DNA of 64,000 nucleotides from an uncultured delta proteobacterium. GTDB taxonomy: Bacteria > Desulfobacterota > BSN033 > UBA1163. Position numbers and translations under genes: made by a program. The stretch spans positions 320,001-384,000 of the forward strand of contig CAWHBU010000006.1 in the NCBI GenBank assembly GCA_963827685.1. The letters are read 5' to 3'. Shown here piece by piece: positions 37,631-48,199 of the stretch. How positions within the stretch are numbered: position 1 is the first letter of the stretch; each line of letters begins with the position of its first letter. The notes beneath the pieces are model-generated. The model saw nothing but the letters and a program-made list of their open reading frames with translations. It made no database searches and had not been told where the DNA came from.

Positions 37631-38863
37631 TCATTTTGGATCCTCTGCTCCCGCTTGCTCGCCTTTTTCGGGCACGGACAAATTAGGAAGCCCTCGCGCT
37701 TTCCTTAGCTGGTTTATCAATACTGCGTTGCTGGATAGCAAAACTATCTCCACGTCAGCCACTGCCACGGCATAAAGCTGAAAGAACTGCTCCTGCAAAT
37801 GTCTGCCCAAGCTGCTTACTTCTGAGATAAAATCGGCAATATCCTCCCTGTATTTTTCTCTTGCTGCGGTGAGCACAGAGAAAACTAGTATGACCAGTAT
37901 TATCAGAGCACAGAAGAGTTCCGAATAGGAAAGAACTGTTGCCGCAACGCTCACCGGAGCTATTGCAGAAATGCTCGATGGGGTCAACTTGCCAAAACTA
38001 AAGCCCCAGAAACTCCAAAAAGAAAGGGTGTGGTTTGTCGTAAAACTGAGTACGTCAATTTTATATAAGGACCAGTATTCAAGGGCATAGATTAACGATG
38101 TCAACAGAACAGTCGCAAGCCAAGAAATCATCAGGTACAGGTCTGGTTTTCGACTCTTGGCAACTTTAAGGAGTTTCTCGCCGACAATTTCCACGCCTGA
38201 GTTCAAGAGATAGAACGTAAGGCATTGCTGCTCATAATCCTTTGTTCCTGGGTCGTATTTTTCTTTTTTCCACAACCCGTGTTGTCCACCCTCTAGCGCC
38301 ACGCGCACCTTCTTTACGAGATCACCCAATCCCTCGAAAATGCTCGATCGATAGGCTTTTCTCAGACTGCGATACAAATGCATAATGAGATATACGCCGA
38401 GCAAAACCATTGAAGGGATGAGAAGGTAGAAACTTGATGAAAGGACTATGCATATGGCAGAGAGGGCTGCTCCGGTCATGAGAGCAAACCTTGAGCGAAA
38501 AGAACGCAGCAGATCGTAAAGAGCCGGGGCAAATGCAATCGTCAATGCCCAGTTGCGGAAGAAGAGCTTTGGGATTCGCCAAAGAAGGAGAATGAGCGGA
38601 TAGCTAATTACATAAACGAAGAACCGGCGGAAAGGTTTCTTACCTATTCCTATCAGCACGACTGAGATCAGCACCAACAGTGCAAAAAACCTATAATTCA
38701 ACGTCCAGCGTAGAGATGGCAAATACTTCTCAAAAACGTAGACGTCAATATCAAATACAATTACCTTAACAACTATGAAGGACCATAGGATCATGGCGCT
38801 AATCTCTCGCAGCGTCTTCACGAGGCGGTGTTTCACAACAGCATCTTGGGTTTTGCTAGACAA
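37631..38863 (-). CDS. Polytopic membrane protein (cassette)
   Basis: Several hydrophobic helices; FSFGKLTPSSISAIAPVS loosely recalls a channel pore loop. Confidence 0.7.
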   Translation of the reverse strand: MSSKTQDAVVKHRLVKTLREISAMILWSFIVVKVIVFDIDVYVFEKYLPSLRWTLNYRFFALLVLISVVLIGIGKKPFRRFFVYVISYPLILLLWRIPKLFFRNWALTIAFAPALYDLLRSFRSRFALMTGAALSAICIVLSSSFYLLIPSMVLLGVYLIMHLYRSLRKAYRSSIFEGLGDLVKKVRVALEGGQHGLWKKEKYDPGTKDYEQQCLTFYLLNSGVEIVGEKLLKVAKSRKPDLYLMISWLATVLLTSLIYALEYWSLYKIDVLSFTTNHTLSFWSFWGFSFGKLTPSSISAIAPVSVAATVLSYSELFCALIILVILVFSVLTAAREKYREDIADFISEVSSLGRHLQEQFFQLYAVAVADVEIVLLSSNAVLINQLRKARGLPNLSVPEKGEQAGAEDPK

Positions 38864-38908
38864 GACCTAAGCTCCTATTCTTTACGGCCAGATAGAATCT
38901 GCTCCAAA

Positions 38909-38998
38909 GCCCAACGTTGGCCTTAACCAGCGCGGGTAACCACCAATGCGAAAAAAGCGTCAGGCTTATTCCGCGTCTGGTTGAAGGCGTTGTTAGCA
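38909..38998 (-). other. attC site
   Basis: GCCCAAC..GCCTTAACCAGCGCGG...CCGCGTCTGGTTGAAGGC..GTTAGCA. Confidence 0.85.
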
Positions 38999-39011
38999 AA
39001 AAAATAAGGAT

Positions 39012-39350
39012 TTATAACCTATATAGACCTACGTTTTGATTACCGGGTGTGATATCTGTTCCATCATTCAGAATTATTTTGAGAGAAGATGTCTCAAGAA
39101 ATACTATCTCTATGCCAGAGATCATTTCGGCAGCATCTGATACGACGTTGGCAGCAGCGTAGTAATTACCTGAGCCCAAACCTGGAGCGCCGCGCTCAGC
39201 GATAACTCGGTCTCTTGTCGGTTGTGGCAGTTGTTCCAAAATTTGATAGGCTGTCAGATAGGAGCGACCACGTCCGCTGGAATTAACTTGCACGCTTCTT
39301 AGAACAGTTTCAACTTCCACTCTAATGTCTTTTGGCATGAGATTAGGCAT
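39012..39350 (-). CDS. Hypothetical protein (first cassette)
   Basis: AGGAG RBS; GTTAGCA start matches TGCTAAC end. Confidence 0.7.
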   Translation of the reverse strand: MPNLMPKDIRVEVETVLRSVQVNSSGRGRSYLTAYQILEQLPQPTRDRVIAERGAPGLGSGNYYAAANVVSDAAEMISGIEIVFLETSSLKIILNDGTDITPGNQNVGLYRL

Positions 39351-39409
39351 TTCCGAATTCTCCTTTTTTAAATTTCTTTCTTGATGTAGTATTCTCTATT
39401 TCATATCAT

Positions 39410-39498
39410 TGCTAACAGATATTAGACCTAAAAATAATATTATGATATAAAAAATCTACCTATTATACTATTCCTCAGTTTTGGATAACCTGTTAACA
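39410..39498 (-). other. attI-like unit, copy 2 (array head)
   Basis: Same GTCTAATATCTGTTAGC core; AT-rich. Confidence 0.6.
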
Positions 39499-39771
39499 TT
39501 TAAAGGGTTCCTATGGTAACAATCATGGATGTCCGCAATTCCTCCAAAGAGCCCTTTCTGCCCTATCTTACTCCTTTTGCTGTATGCTCCCATACTATCC
39601 ACTTTCACCCTATACGTCAATCTGCATCTTCACTCATACAAACGCAATAAATCCTTTGATATTGACCCCTCACCCCCTCCCTCTCCCCTTGAATGGGAGA
39701 GGGAGGAAAGTGAAGGGGAACTAAGATGTCATTCGTGCTTCGGATCGATGAAAGGAGGGGGGATGATTTTC

Positions 39772-41349
39772 TCAAGCAACCCATAGGGTATGCAGTGACG
39801 TCCCCGTATCGTCTACCATCAATTTTGGGATGTCTTTTTGAAGGTCCCAGGGAACAAAGAAAGTCAGGTCGTCAATCTCCTCATGGAGGCTTGAATCACA
39901 TACCTTTCGCAGCCATTCTTTGATCTCATTGATCATCATGACCACCATACGGTCAATTCCCACCGCATGATTCATCTCCTTCAAATATGGAGAGGTTCTC
40001 AGTTGATCCAGACCCTCCTCCAAGTGGATTCCTTCTACCTTCCTGCGGAGGATGTAAACATTTCCTCTGTCCTGAAGGATCACAAGGGGTGGGTTGATCT
40101 GAACACTTGCCTGGTGAAAGCGCACCCCAGAAATGGTTTCGGCGATTTTCGGGAGGAACCTCTTCTTCTTTTCGATGGAGGAAAGAAAACGAGGAGAGGT
40201 TCTTTCAAAGATATACTCCACCCCGTCGTGACGAAATTCCTTCAACTTCGTCGGGTCAAACCCCAATTCGAGGAGATCTGAAATGTTCATACGGGGAGAT
40301 CGTACATCTCTTTTTCTCTCCTCCCACCAAGAGAGGTAGGGTCGTCTATACAGAGGAAGACCCTCGATATAAAGGGTGGGGTCTTCTTTCAGTTCCTGGG
40401 GGAGATGACCAATGATCTCTTTCTCTCCCCATATCTCAGCCTTCCCTTCTTTCGCCCACCAGAGGGAATACGGCTGAATGGGCAGGTTCTTGATCGGGTC
40501 TGAGATGGAGATTTGATCGAGGGACTCTCCGCCCGTATAACCGAGAAGGGATGCAATTCGTCTGCGGAATCCAAGCACTTTCGTGACGAATTTAGTAAAC
40601 ATGAAATGCATAAAGGGAGTCGAAGTCCTGGTTGAGATTTCCATTTCGAAAAGATGTTCCAATGCCTCGTAGACAGCACGAAATTCCATAATCGTCCGTT
40701 TGACCATGGCCTCGTTGTCTTGCATATCGATAATGGGTCTTCTTTTCTTCACTTTGAAGAGGAGCTTGATCAGCTTTCCCCTTAGATCAGGAACGTTTAG
40801 GGTGGCTGGGATGAAGACCATGTAGTTCTCGTCACCATTGACACGACGATCACCGATCAGCTCTTCGATACACTTCCAACCGAGTTTGGTGTAAATGTCG
40901 TAGGTTGGATCATCGGGCGGGATGATATTATCAAGAAGACAGATGACCTCTTGACCCTCTGCAAAGGCTCTAAAGGTCTGAAGGATCTTTTGGCCCAGTC
41001 CTCTGTTGCGAAAAGGAAGCATGACCTCCACATAGACTAAGTAGTAACAGGGAATGGGCTTTCTGAGGTAGATCATATTGAGGTATCCCAGAACCTCTCC
41101 TTCTTCTGTATGGATCTCAAAGGTGTGGAAGAGATGATGACGCTCCTGGGGTCTTAAGCGCTCCACCTTCGTCCCATGGACGGTCCTGTCGACTAACTCA
41201 TCAAGCCCTTCAAAAGCGTCATAAGGGAACAAGGAGGCAAACTCCCTGGGATGATCTTCCAGGGTTAGATCGATCACTGCAAGAACGTCCTTCAAGCCTA
41301 TGCGTGCTTTCTTAAACCTTTCCCTGATTTCTACGACCTCTGATTTCAT
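39772..41349 (-). CDS. GNAT-domain multidomain protein
   Basis: V...FRNRGLGQKIL acetyl-CoA motif, YTKLGW; long unassigned C-terminus. Confidence 0.7.
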   Translation of the reverse strand: MKSEVVEIRERFKKARIGLKDVLAVIDLTLEDHPREFASLFPYDAFEGLDELVDRTVHGTKVERLRPQERHHLFHTFEIHTEEGEVLGYLNMIYLRKPIPCYYLVYVEVMLPFRNRGLGQKILQTFRAFAEGQEVICLLDNIIPPDDPTYDIYTKLGWKCIEELIGDRRVNGDENYMVFIPATLNVPDLRGKLIKLLFKVKKRRPIIDMQDNEAMVKRTIMEFRAVYEALEHLFEMEISTRTSTPFMHFMFTKFVTKVLGFRRRIASLLGYTGGESLDQISISDPIKNLPIQPYSLWWAKEGKAEIWGEKEIIGHLPQELKEDPTLYIEGLPLYRRPYLSWWEERKRDVRSPRMNISDLLELGFDPTKLKEFRHDGVEYIFERTSPRFLSSIEKKKRFLPKIAETISGVRFHQASVQINPPLVILQDRGNVYILRRKVEGIHLEEGLDQLRTSPYLKEMNHAVGIDRMVVMMINEIKEWLRKVCDSSLHEEIDDLTFFVPWDLQKDIPKLMVDDTGTSLHTLWVA

Positions 41350-41362
41350 CGTTTCTTGATTT

Positions 41363-42442
41363 CTACTGTGAACGTTGAGGATAGGAGCCCAGGAGCTTTA
41401 AGAAAAGGGCGTTCCGGCCCAGGTCGCTCATGACCTCACCAATCGGTGCGTCCGTGGCATGGCCTTCTATATCGACAAAGAAGATATATTCCCACGGCTT
41501 CCCTTTGATGGGACGGGATTCGATCTTCGTCAGGTTAATCCCCTTCTCGGAGAAGGGCTTGAGGGCCTGGTAGAGAGAGCCTGGCGCATGGGAGATTGAG
41601 AAAAGGATGGAGGTCTTATCCTTTCCAGTCCTTGGGCTGGGTTGAAGGCCAATGACCAGAAAACGCGTGTAGTTGTTAAGGTAGTCCTCAATCTGTGATT
41701 CTACAACTCTCAGACCATAGAGATGGCCGGCCAGGAAACTGGCAATGGCTGCCACTTTCCCATTCTCAACGGCCATCTGCGCCGCCTTCGCCGTGCTCAC
41801 TGTCTCGGCCACCTCAACATGAGGGAAGCTTTTTCTCAACCACTTTCGGCATTGCTCTAAGGCCGAGGGATGAGAATAGATCTTTCGGATGTCTTCTGAC
41901 CTTCCACTTTGAGAAAGAAGGTGATGCGAGACCTGAATCATCACTTCCCCACAGATCATCACTTCTGACTCGATCAACATATCTAAGGTTTGATTCACCG
42001 ATCCTTCAGTGGAATTTTCTATGGGCACGATTCCATAATTCGCCCTCTTCCTCTCCACCGCTTCAAAGACCTCTTGGATGCTTTCTTTGGGCTGTGTTTG
42101 AATGGAGCTCCCAAAATATTCGAAGCAAGCTAAGTGAGTGTGGGTGGCGGGTGGACCGAGATACGCCACGGCAAACTCGGTTTCCAGAGAGCGGCACGCT
42201 GAGATGATTTCTCGAAAGACAGGGAAAATGCCCTGCTTGGGGAACCGGCCATTGTTTTGTAAGACCAAGGCCCCGAGAACCTCGTCCTCCCTCTGAGAGT
42301 CGTAGGACTCCATCTTGCCTTCTGATTTTATCTTACCCACTTCCATGACGATCTCTGCCCGCTCGTTCAAAAGGCGGAGGATCTGTCTGTCCACTGTCTC
42401 GATCTTCTGGCGAAGGGGCTTGATCTTTTCTTCTGTCTCCAT
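41363..42442 (-). CDS. pheA: Chorismate mutase / prephenate dehydratase
   Basis: LRQKI..VD..IL.LLNER, PIENSTEG, NYTRF, KIESRP, LGSYP. Confidence 0.95.
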   Translation of the reverse strand: METEEKIKPLRQKIETVDRQILRLLNERAEIVMEVGKIKSEGKMESYDSQREDEVLGALVLQNNGRFPKQGIFPVFREIISACRSLETEFAVAYLGPPATHTHLACFEYFGSSIQTQPKESIQEVFEAVERKRANYGIVPIENSTEGSVNQTLDMLIESEVMICGEVMIQVSHHLLSQSGRSEDIRKIYSHPSALEQCRKWLRKSFPHVEVAETVSTAKAAQMAVENGKVAAIASFLAGHLYGLRVVESQIEDYLNNYTRFLVIGLQPSPRTGKDKTSILFSISHAPGSLYQALKPFSEKGINLTKIESRPIKGKPWEYIFFVDIEGHATDAPIGEVMSDLGRNALFLKLLGSYPQRSQ

Positions 42443-42580
42443 TTCATCAATACGCCTAATCCGAGCAACTAAGAGCTTATCCTTAAATAGTAAGTAATGG
42501 TTGTTCCTAATATCCCGCTTCAAATCCCCCCTCCCCCCCTTTACTAAAGGGGGGGGAAGTTATTTGTGATCTTTCATGCC

Positions 42581-43573
42581 TTACTTTTCAAGGATGGTCT
42601 CCTCAACCTGAACGCCGAAATGCCTTCCTGTCTTCTCACGATAGACGAGAACCTCGCTCCCCTTTTTGAGATCGATGAGCGAAACCGCTTTCCCGGAGGG
42701 ATCGGCAAGACAGATCGTTTCTGCATTCTGCAAGATGACCGAAACGGTCTGGCCCCTTTCCTCAGCTTCCACCAAAGCCAGGGGGCGCCTTTCTATCTTC
42801 ACCCTTCCTACCACGGCCGGATAACTTTTGCCTTTAAAATTTACGACTAATACCCGATCGCCAGATCTGATCTCTGAAAGATATTTTGTCTGCCCGTCGG
42901 CCAGGCGAATATAGGCATGCACGGGTCCTGCATTCACTCGGAAAGGCCGGGTATTCACAAAGGGATTCTCGACACTTTCGGAATGAACCAGGAAGAGGGC
43001 CTGGCTGCTATTCCCGACCAACATCCCTTCGCCAAGGGTCATTGAAGTGCACGTGTCCACGCAGACCCGATCCCCCAGGCCAAGTGGCTCGATGCGTTTA
43101 ATCTTGGCCGGCAAAAGTTCGAATGTTTCGCTCTTGCTTTTAAGAAGCTGGACGATATGCCGCACGGCATCAGGGTCAGGATTATTGATCACCACTCCAT
43201 CCACTCCCTTTTCGAGGATGCCCAGAGCCGTCTCTCCTCCTTTTAAACTATCAACCTCGACGAAGAGGTTATTCGCCTTACTCAACAAATTCTCCAGAGG
43301 GATGATCGTCCAATCGACTCCTCTTACCACCACCTTCTTAGAAAGACTGAGGGCAATGACCTCTTCTTCGTCCTTTTTCTCCCTGATCTCTTTTTCCACC
43401 ACATCGCGGCCCAATACCAAATCCCCGTCCTCGGCCACGGTCGCGATGATGCCCATCTTCCTCACCTCTGATCTCATTCCAGCAGGGACCCAGAGGGCAT
43501 CGGCCCCAGCCTCCACGGCAACCAAGGCGACCTCCTTGCTCCAGGGTACGGCTTTTACCCATACCTTTTTCAT
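42581..43573 (-). CDS. 3-dehydroquinate synthase II (AroB')
   Basis: [37 protein letters not shown]. Confidence 0.93.
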   Translation of the reverse strand: MKKVWVKAVPWSKEVALVAVEAGADALWVPAGMRSEVRKMGIIATVAEDGDLVLGRDVVEKEIREKKDEEEVIALSLSKKVVVRGVDWTIIPLENLLSKANNLFVEVDSLKGGETALGILEKGVDGVVINNPDPDAVRHIVQLLKSKSETFELLPAKIKRIEPLGLGDRVCVDTCTSMTLGEGMLVGNSSQALFLVHSESVENPFVNTRPFRVNAGPVHAYIRLADGQTKYLSEIRSGDRVLVVNFKGKSYPAVVGRVKIERRPLALVEAEERGQTVSVILQNAETICLADPSGKAVSLIDLKKGSEVLVYREKTGRHFGVQVEETILEK

Positions 43574-44370
43574 GCCTTCACCTCTAACTTCCTTCGCTTT
43601 TCTTCAAACACGGTGCTACTGTGAACAATTCTGCAAATGGTTTGAACCATCTTCTCCGGGTCCTTGTGCTGGAAAACGTTTCTGCCAATGGAGACTCCTG
43701 CTCCCCCTGCGGCCATCGCACCCTTGATCATGTCGATGATATCCTCATCGTTACCCATCTTCTCCCCACCTGCAATGACCACCGGAACAAAACATCCTTC
43801 CACCACTTCCCTGAAGCTATCTGCAGAACCCGTATAGACCACCTTGATAATATCTGCTCCCAGCTCAGCTCCTACTCGAGCGGCATGTTTCACCAGTTTT
43901 ACGTCATATTCATTCCGCACCTTGGGACCCCTCGTGTACATCATTGCTAAAAGCGGCATCCCCCATTCGGAAGCCACCTTAGCGACCCTCCCCAGGTCCT
44001 CTAACATGGATCTCTCATCTTCCGATCCGAGGTTCACATGGATCGAGACTGCATCCGCTCCTAACTTGATTGCCTCTTCCACCGTGCATACAATGGTTTT
44101 GGAGCTTGGATCAGGCGCCAGCTGTGTGCTCGCAGAGAGGTGAACGATCAACCCCACATCCCTTCCCTTTCTCCTGTGACCCGCCTCAACCAATCCCTTG
44201 TGGAGAATAATGGCATTGGCTCCTCCAATCGCTACGGCATTAATCGTCTCTTGCATATTGATCAACCCAGCGACTGGCCCAATGGTCACTCCGTGATCCA
44301 TGGGAACGATGACTGTCTTACCTGAATTCCTGTCCATGATACGTTCCATACGAATCTTTTTCCCAATCAT
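43570..44370 (-). CDS. 2-amino-3,7-dideoxy-D-threo-hept-6-ulosonate synthase (AroA', class I aldolase)
   Basis: [31 protein letters not shown]; adjacent to AroB'. Confidence 0.9.
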   Translation of the reverse strand: MIGKKIRMERIMDRNSGKTVIVPMDHGVTIGPVAGLINMQETINAVAIGGANAIILHKGLVEAGHRRKGRDVGLIVHLSASTQLAPDPSSKTIVCTVEEAIKLGADAVSIHVNLGSEDERSMLEDLGRVAKVASEWGMPLLAMMYTRGPKVRNEYDVKLVKHAARVGAELGADIIKVVYTGSADSFREVVEGCFVPVVIAGGEKMGNDEDIIDMIKGAMAAGGAGVSIGRNVFQHKDPEKMVQTICRIVHSSTVFEEKRRKLEVKA

Positions 44371-44397
44371 GATTCCTTTCCTCCTTTGTCCAAAATT

Positions 44398-44471
44398 AAA
44401 AAAGCCGTGAGAGGAATTTTCCCACGGCTTAAAATAAAAAGGCCGTGGGTAGTTTCGATCTACCCACGGCC
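44398..44471 (-). terminator. Tandem terminators of aro attenuator
   Basis: GGCCGTGGGTAG..CTACCCACGGCC-TTTT and AAGCCGTGG..CACGGCTTTTTT. Confidence 0.8.
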
Positions 44472-44492
44472 TCCACCAGCTAAATCTAATTT

Positions 44493-44588
44493 CTAACGAT
44501 CAGCCAGCCGCAGCGGGTAGACTTGGGCATAATAAAACCAATAAAAGTTAAACCCTCTGCTAAAATTGAAAAGACGAAGCTGATCCAC
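44493..44588 (-). CDS. Aromatic-rich leader peptide
   Basis: GTG start, [31 protein letters not shown]. Confidence 0.8.
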   Translation of the reverse strand: MDQLRLFNFSRGFNFYWFYYAQVYPLRLADR

Positions 44589-44692
44589 CTTCCACCTTCT
44601 ATTCAAAAGACTTCTAACACAGCCCAAATGCTTTGTCAAGAAATATGTTCGAAAAACCATTTCGCACCGATGAGAACCGAGAAGGAGTCCCT

Positions 44693-45202
44693 TCACAGAC
44701 GTGCCAAGATCAATAGATTTGTCCCTTTATCCACGTCCTGGCCTTCCTTCACCAGGACCTCTTTCACTTTTCCTTGAATCGGAGAGGGGATAGGCATTTC
44801 CATCTTCATGGCCTCGATAATGATGAGTACCTGGTCAATTTCTACTGTCTCTTCTTCCTCAATCAGAATTTTGATCACTTTACAGGCCAAGGGTGAGGCC
44901 AAGACTTCTTTCTCAGGTATACCAACTGCTTCTTTTCCGGGGAGAAGTGCCATCTTATCCGGCCGAAGGATTTCCCCCCGGTAATTCCCTCCTTTTATGA
45001 AGGCCTCGTAGACATCCCCTTCCTCCACGATATCCACTTCATAGGATTTTCCGTCGCAGATCATGGAGAAAAGATTGTCTGAGACCTCCAAGACATCGAC
45101 CAAATGGGTACGATCCATAGAGGAAATTTGATAGAGGTGATCTCCCAATGGCTCCACTTGAACGGAACAAATCCCTTCCTCTGTTTTAATTTTATATTCC
45201 AT
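44693..45202 (-). CDS. Biotin carboxyl carrier protein
   Basis: EAMKME motif. Confidence 0.9.
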   Translation of the reverse strand: MEYKIKTEEGICSVQVEPLGDHLYQISSMDRTHLVDVLEVSDNLFSMICDGKSYEVDIVEEGDVYEAFIKGGNYRGEILRPDKMALLPGKEAVGIPEKEVLASPLACKVIKILIEEEETVEIDQVLIIIEAMKMEMPIPSPIQGKVKEVLVKEGQDVDKGTNLLILARL

Positions 45203-46633
45203 GCTCGGTCTCCTTCTGATCTTTCTCATAGGCCCGGATGGCAGCGGCAATACAGGCCAACTCCTGGAAGGAATCATGGGTCTCCCTTTTCTTTTGGAAA
45301 TACTCCTCCTCGAGAAAGTGGGTATCGAAATCTCCCTGAATGAACCGTTGATTGTTGACAAGCCAGCGGTGAAAGGGAATCGTGGTCTTAATCCCCTTGA
45401 TGACTAATTCCTGGAGAGCTCGATCCATTCGCAAAATGGCCTCTTGGCGATTTCTTCCCCAAACAATGACCTTGGCAATGATGGGGTCGTAGAAGATGGG
45501 AACCGTGTACCCTTCATAGATTCCAAGGTCCACCCGCACTCCGGGCCCCCGGGGATCTGAAGCCTCTCAATTCTACCCGTGGAAGGCAAAAAGTTGTCTT
45601 CGGGATCCTCCGCATAGATTCGGCAAACCAGGGAGGCCCCAATGGGTTCAACATCCTTTTGGGTCAGAGGAAGTTTCTCACCTTCCGCAATACGGATCTG
45701 GGCCTTCACAATGTCCACTCCGGTCACCATTTCCGTCACCGGATGTTCTACCTGGAGTCGGGCGTTGAGTTCCAAGTAGTAAAAATTTTTCTCACGATCC
45801 ACAAGGAATTCCACAGTCCCCGCCCCACTATATTTGATGGCGATGGCAGCAGAGAGGGCCACCCCGGCCATTCGAAGGCGGGTCGTATCATCTAGAAAAG
45901 GAGAAGGACATTCCTCTAAGATCTTTTGGTATCTCCTTTGGATAGAACATTCCCGGTCGAAGAGGTGGATGATGTTGCCGTAATGATCCGCCAAGATCTG
46001 AAACTCGATGTGGCGTGCATTCGGGATATATTTCTCCAGGTAGAGGTCATCGTTTCCGAACGACGCCTTGGCTTCTGCCCTGGCCACATTCATGGCTTGA
46101 AAAAGCTGAGCACCCTGATCCACCCGTCGGATCCCCTTGCCTCCCCCGCCCGCAACCGCTTTGATCAGAACTGGATATCCTAAAGCATTCGCAGCCTCGA
46201 GAGCCTTCTCCTTATTGTCCAGGGGACAGTGGCTTCCCGGGATCACAGTGATTTGTGCTTGGGTCATATTGGATTTAGCCCCCATCTTCCTTCCCATGGT
46301 TTCCAAGGATTCTCCGGAAGGACCGATGAAGGTGATCCCCTCCTTCTGGCACGCTTGGGCGAATTCCCGGTTTTCTGCCAAAAATCCATATCCCGGATGA
46401 ATGGCATCTGCTTTGGCTTCTCTGGCTATATCTAAAATTTTATCTCTTGCGAGGTAAGTCTCATCGGAAGGCCCGGAGCCCAAGCTGTAAGCCTCGTCTG
46501 CATAACGGACATGTAACGCCCCGCGATCCGATTCGGAATAGACGGCCACTACCGAAATCCCCAACTCATGACAGGCACGAAGAATACGAACTGCAATTTC
46601 TCCTCGATTGGCAATGAGTATCTTCTTAAACAC
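45192..46633 (-). pseudogene. accC: Biotin carboxylase with single frameshift near 45541
   Basis: ANRGEIA, HPGYGFLAEN, RLQVEHPVTE; PGGP continues as VRVD...YDPIIAK in another frame. Confidence 0.85.
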
Positions 46634-46827
46634 GACTTTCCCTCCCTTCTGATCTCTATAATCCTACTTTTGCTCTCTACAATTCAAATCTTTTTGCTTT
46701 AGGGTCTTCCTCAACTTCATTGCCCAAAAAAGGTTTAAGGATTCCACGGTTCAAATGATGTGAAATGAACCACTCGATTCCTTGACCCCTCGAATCCTTA
46801 TGATTGTATCAACTTTTTGAAGACGAT

Positions 46828-47976
46828 TCATATCTTCAAGCTATCCGCTATCTGCGAGGCTACGGGTGGGCATCCCTGAATAAAGGTACCCCGGCTTTTC
46901 ATCTTCGATGTACAGTTTCCTATCAGGATCGTTCCTTTCGGAAAAGCATTCAGGTGTTTCCCAATTCCGATATGAATGTTCTCATCCTCCAAACGATAGT
47001 CCGTAAGCCTTGAACGGTAATCTTGAAGAAAGACCAACAGCGTTGAAAGGCAGGCGCTGCACGATCCCTCATCATGGATGATGAGATCAGGAAAAAGAAT
47101 AGATAGTTTGGAGGGGGAAGGATTGAAAGGAAATTCCCATTTTAAATAATCCTTGGGTTTGATAGAAATCTTTTGAAGTTCGATTTTCCCCAACCCTTTT
47201 TCAGCTGATAGCTTGAGGTGAGGGACTGCCTCTGGGCTTAAGCCCATCAGCCGGGCAGCCACCGCATCGGTTGAAAGGGCATTGTTGCCAACGAGGATCA
47301 TTCCCATCTTCTTCACTTGCCCATAAGCCGGCCCCATCCCTTCCATCCCCACAGTGCCATCAATGATGGCTAAATGGGGGGAGAGGACCGAAGCCATCTC
47401 TGAGATGGCGATATCCAATTCTTTATGACCCCTGGTGATCTTCTTATCACAACGGAGTTGATGGAATCTCGCCTTTTCTCTGCGCCATAATAAACCTTTC
47501 ATATTCTTGATGCTCAGCGTGACCTGGGTGTGCATGTGGGTTTTCATCACCGGGACAGAAATAATGAAATCGAACTCCTTTAGCACAGCAGGGATTTTAA
47601 TCTTCTTAACAACTTTTCCTCCTGGGATCGTTATCTCCATTGGATCCCCCTGATCCAAATCGAGAAGCTCAACCTTTTTCTCTTCAGAGATCCCTTTCAA
47701 CCCCGTCACTTGAAACGCCTCTTTCGCATTCACTCCAAAGATACAACTCTCACCAATGACGATGCGGCGGACTCCTCTCTCTCTCAGGTGGTCGATGGTA
47801 GCAGCGACCACCTGGGGATGGGTCGTCACTCCGTCTCCAGGGGAGGCCAATCGGGCCGCATTGGGTTTGATCAGGACATTCCTTCCCTTCAGATGGGATA
47901 AGGGAACCTTTTGAAGTCCACGTTTTGCCGTGCGATAGGGATTTTCCCCTTTCGAAACGATCACCAGAGGTTCCAT
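46828..47976 (-). CDS. DUF362 family protein with C-terminal Cys cluster
   Basis: VLIKPN, TTHP, PVMKTH, LSIKNMKG, MEGMGP, CSAC, GNC, GCPP. Confidence 0.85.
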   Translation of the reverse strand: MEPLVIVSKGENPYRTAKRGLQKVPLSHLKGRNVLIKPNAARLASPGDGVTTHPQVVAATIDHLRERGVRRIVIGESCIFGVNAKEAFQVTGLKGISEEKKVELLDLDQGDPMEITIPGGKVVKKIKIPAVLKEFDFIISVPVMKTHMHTQVTLSIKNMKGLLWRREKARFHQLRCDKKITRGHKELDIAISEMASVLSPHLAIIDGTVGMEGMGPAYGQVKKMGMILVGNNALSTDAVAARLMGLSPEAVPHLKLSAEKGLGKIELQKISIKPKDYLKWEFPFNPSPSKLSILFPDLIIHDEGSCSACLSTLLVFLQDYRSRLTDYRLEDENIHIGIGKHLNAFPKGTILIGNCTSKMKSRGTFIQGCPPVASQIADSLKI

Positions 47977-47995
47977 TGACACATTCTCCACAAAC

Positions 47996-48069
47996 AAAAA
48001 AACCATAGAGAAGTCCTCTATGGCCCTAAAACAAAAGGGCCATGGATTTTAATCACCCATGGCCCTTTT
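47996..48069 (-). terminator. Tandem terminators upstream of DUF362
   Basis: GGGCCATGG..CCATGGCCC-TTTT and CCATAGAG..CTCTATGG-T7. Confidence 0.75.
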
Positions 48070-48085
48070 GACAATATACTATCAT

Positions 48086-48151
48086 CTAAGCGCACAGGTG
48101 AATGGCTTGACGATAATAATAATCAAACATCCTCTTAGTCCCTACATCCAT
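48086..48151 (-). CDS. Putative Tyr-sensing leader peptide
   Basis: MDVGTKRMFDYYYRQAIHLCA* downstream of TTGACA-17-TATAAA. Confidence 0.6.
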   Translation of the reverse strand: MDVGTKRMFDYYYRQAIHLCA

Positions 48152-48199
48152 TTTTTTGCCTTTGTAATTTTATAATTTATTAGAGAATAATTGTCAAGA

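Larger units (their letters stand above)
29729..39498 (-). mobile_element. Integron cassette array without integrase in window (CALIN-like)
   Basis: Five clear attC sites plus disrupted ones; cassette start/end cores complementary (e.g. TTGCCAGCTAAC / GTTAGCTGGCAA); co-oriented AT-rich genes. Confidence 0.85.

Noticed and set aside
37631-38863. Potassium channel call
   Set aside because: No TxGYGD filter; only loose resemblance
39499-39771. Expected integron integrase next to array head
   Set aside because: No tyrosine-recombinase ORF; only a short spacer and REP-like hairpin
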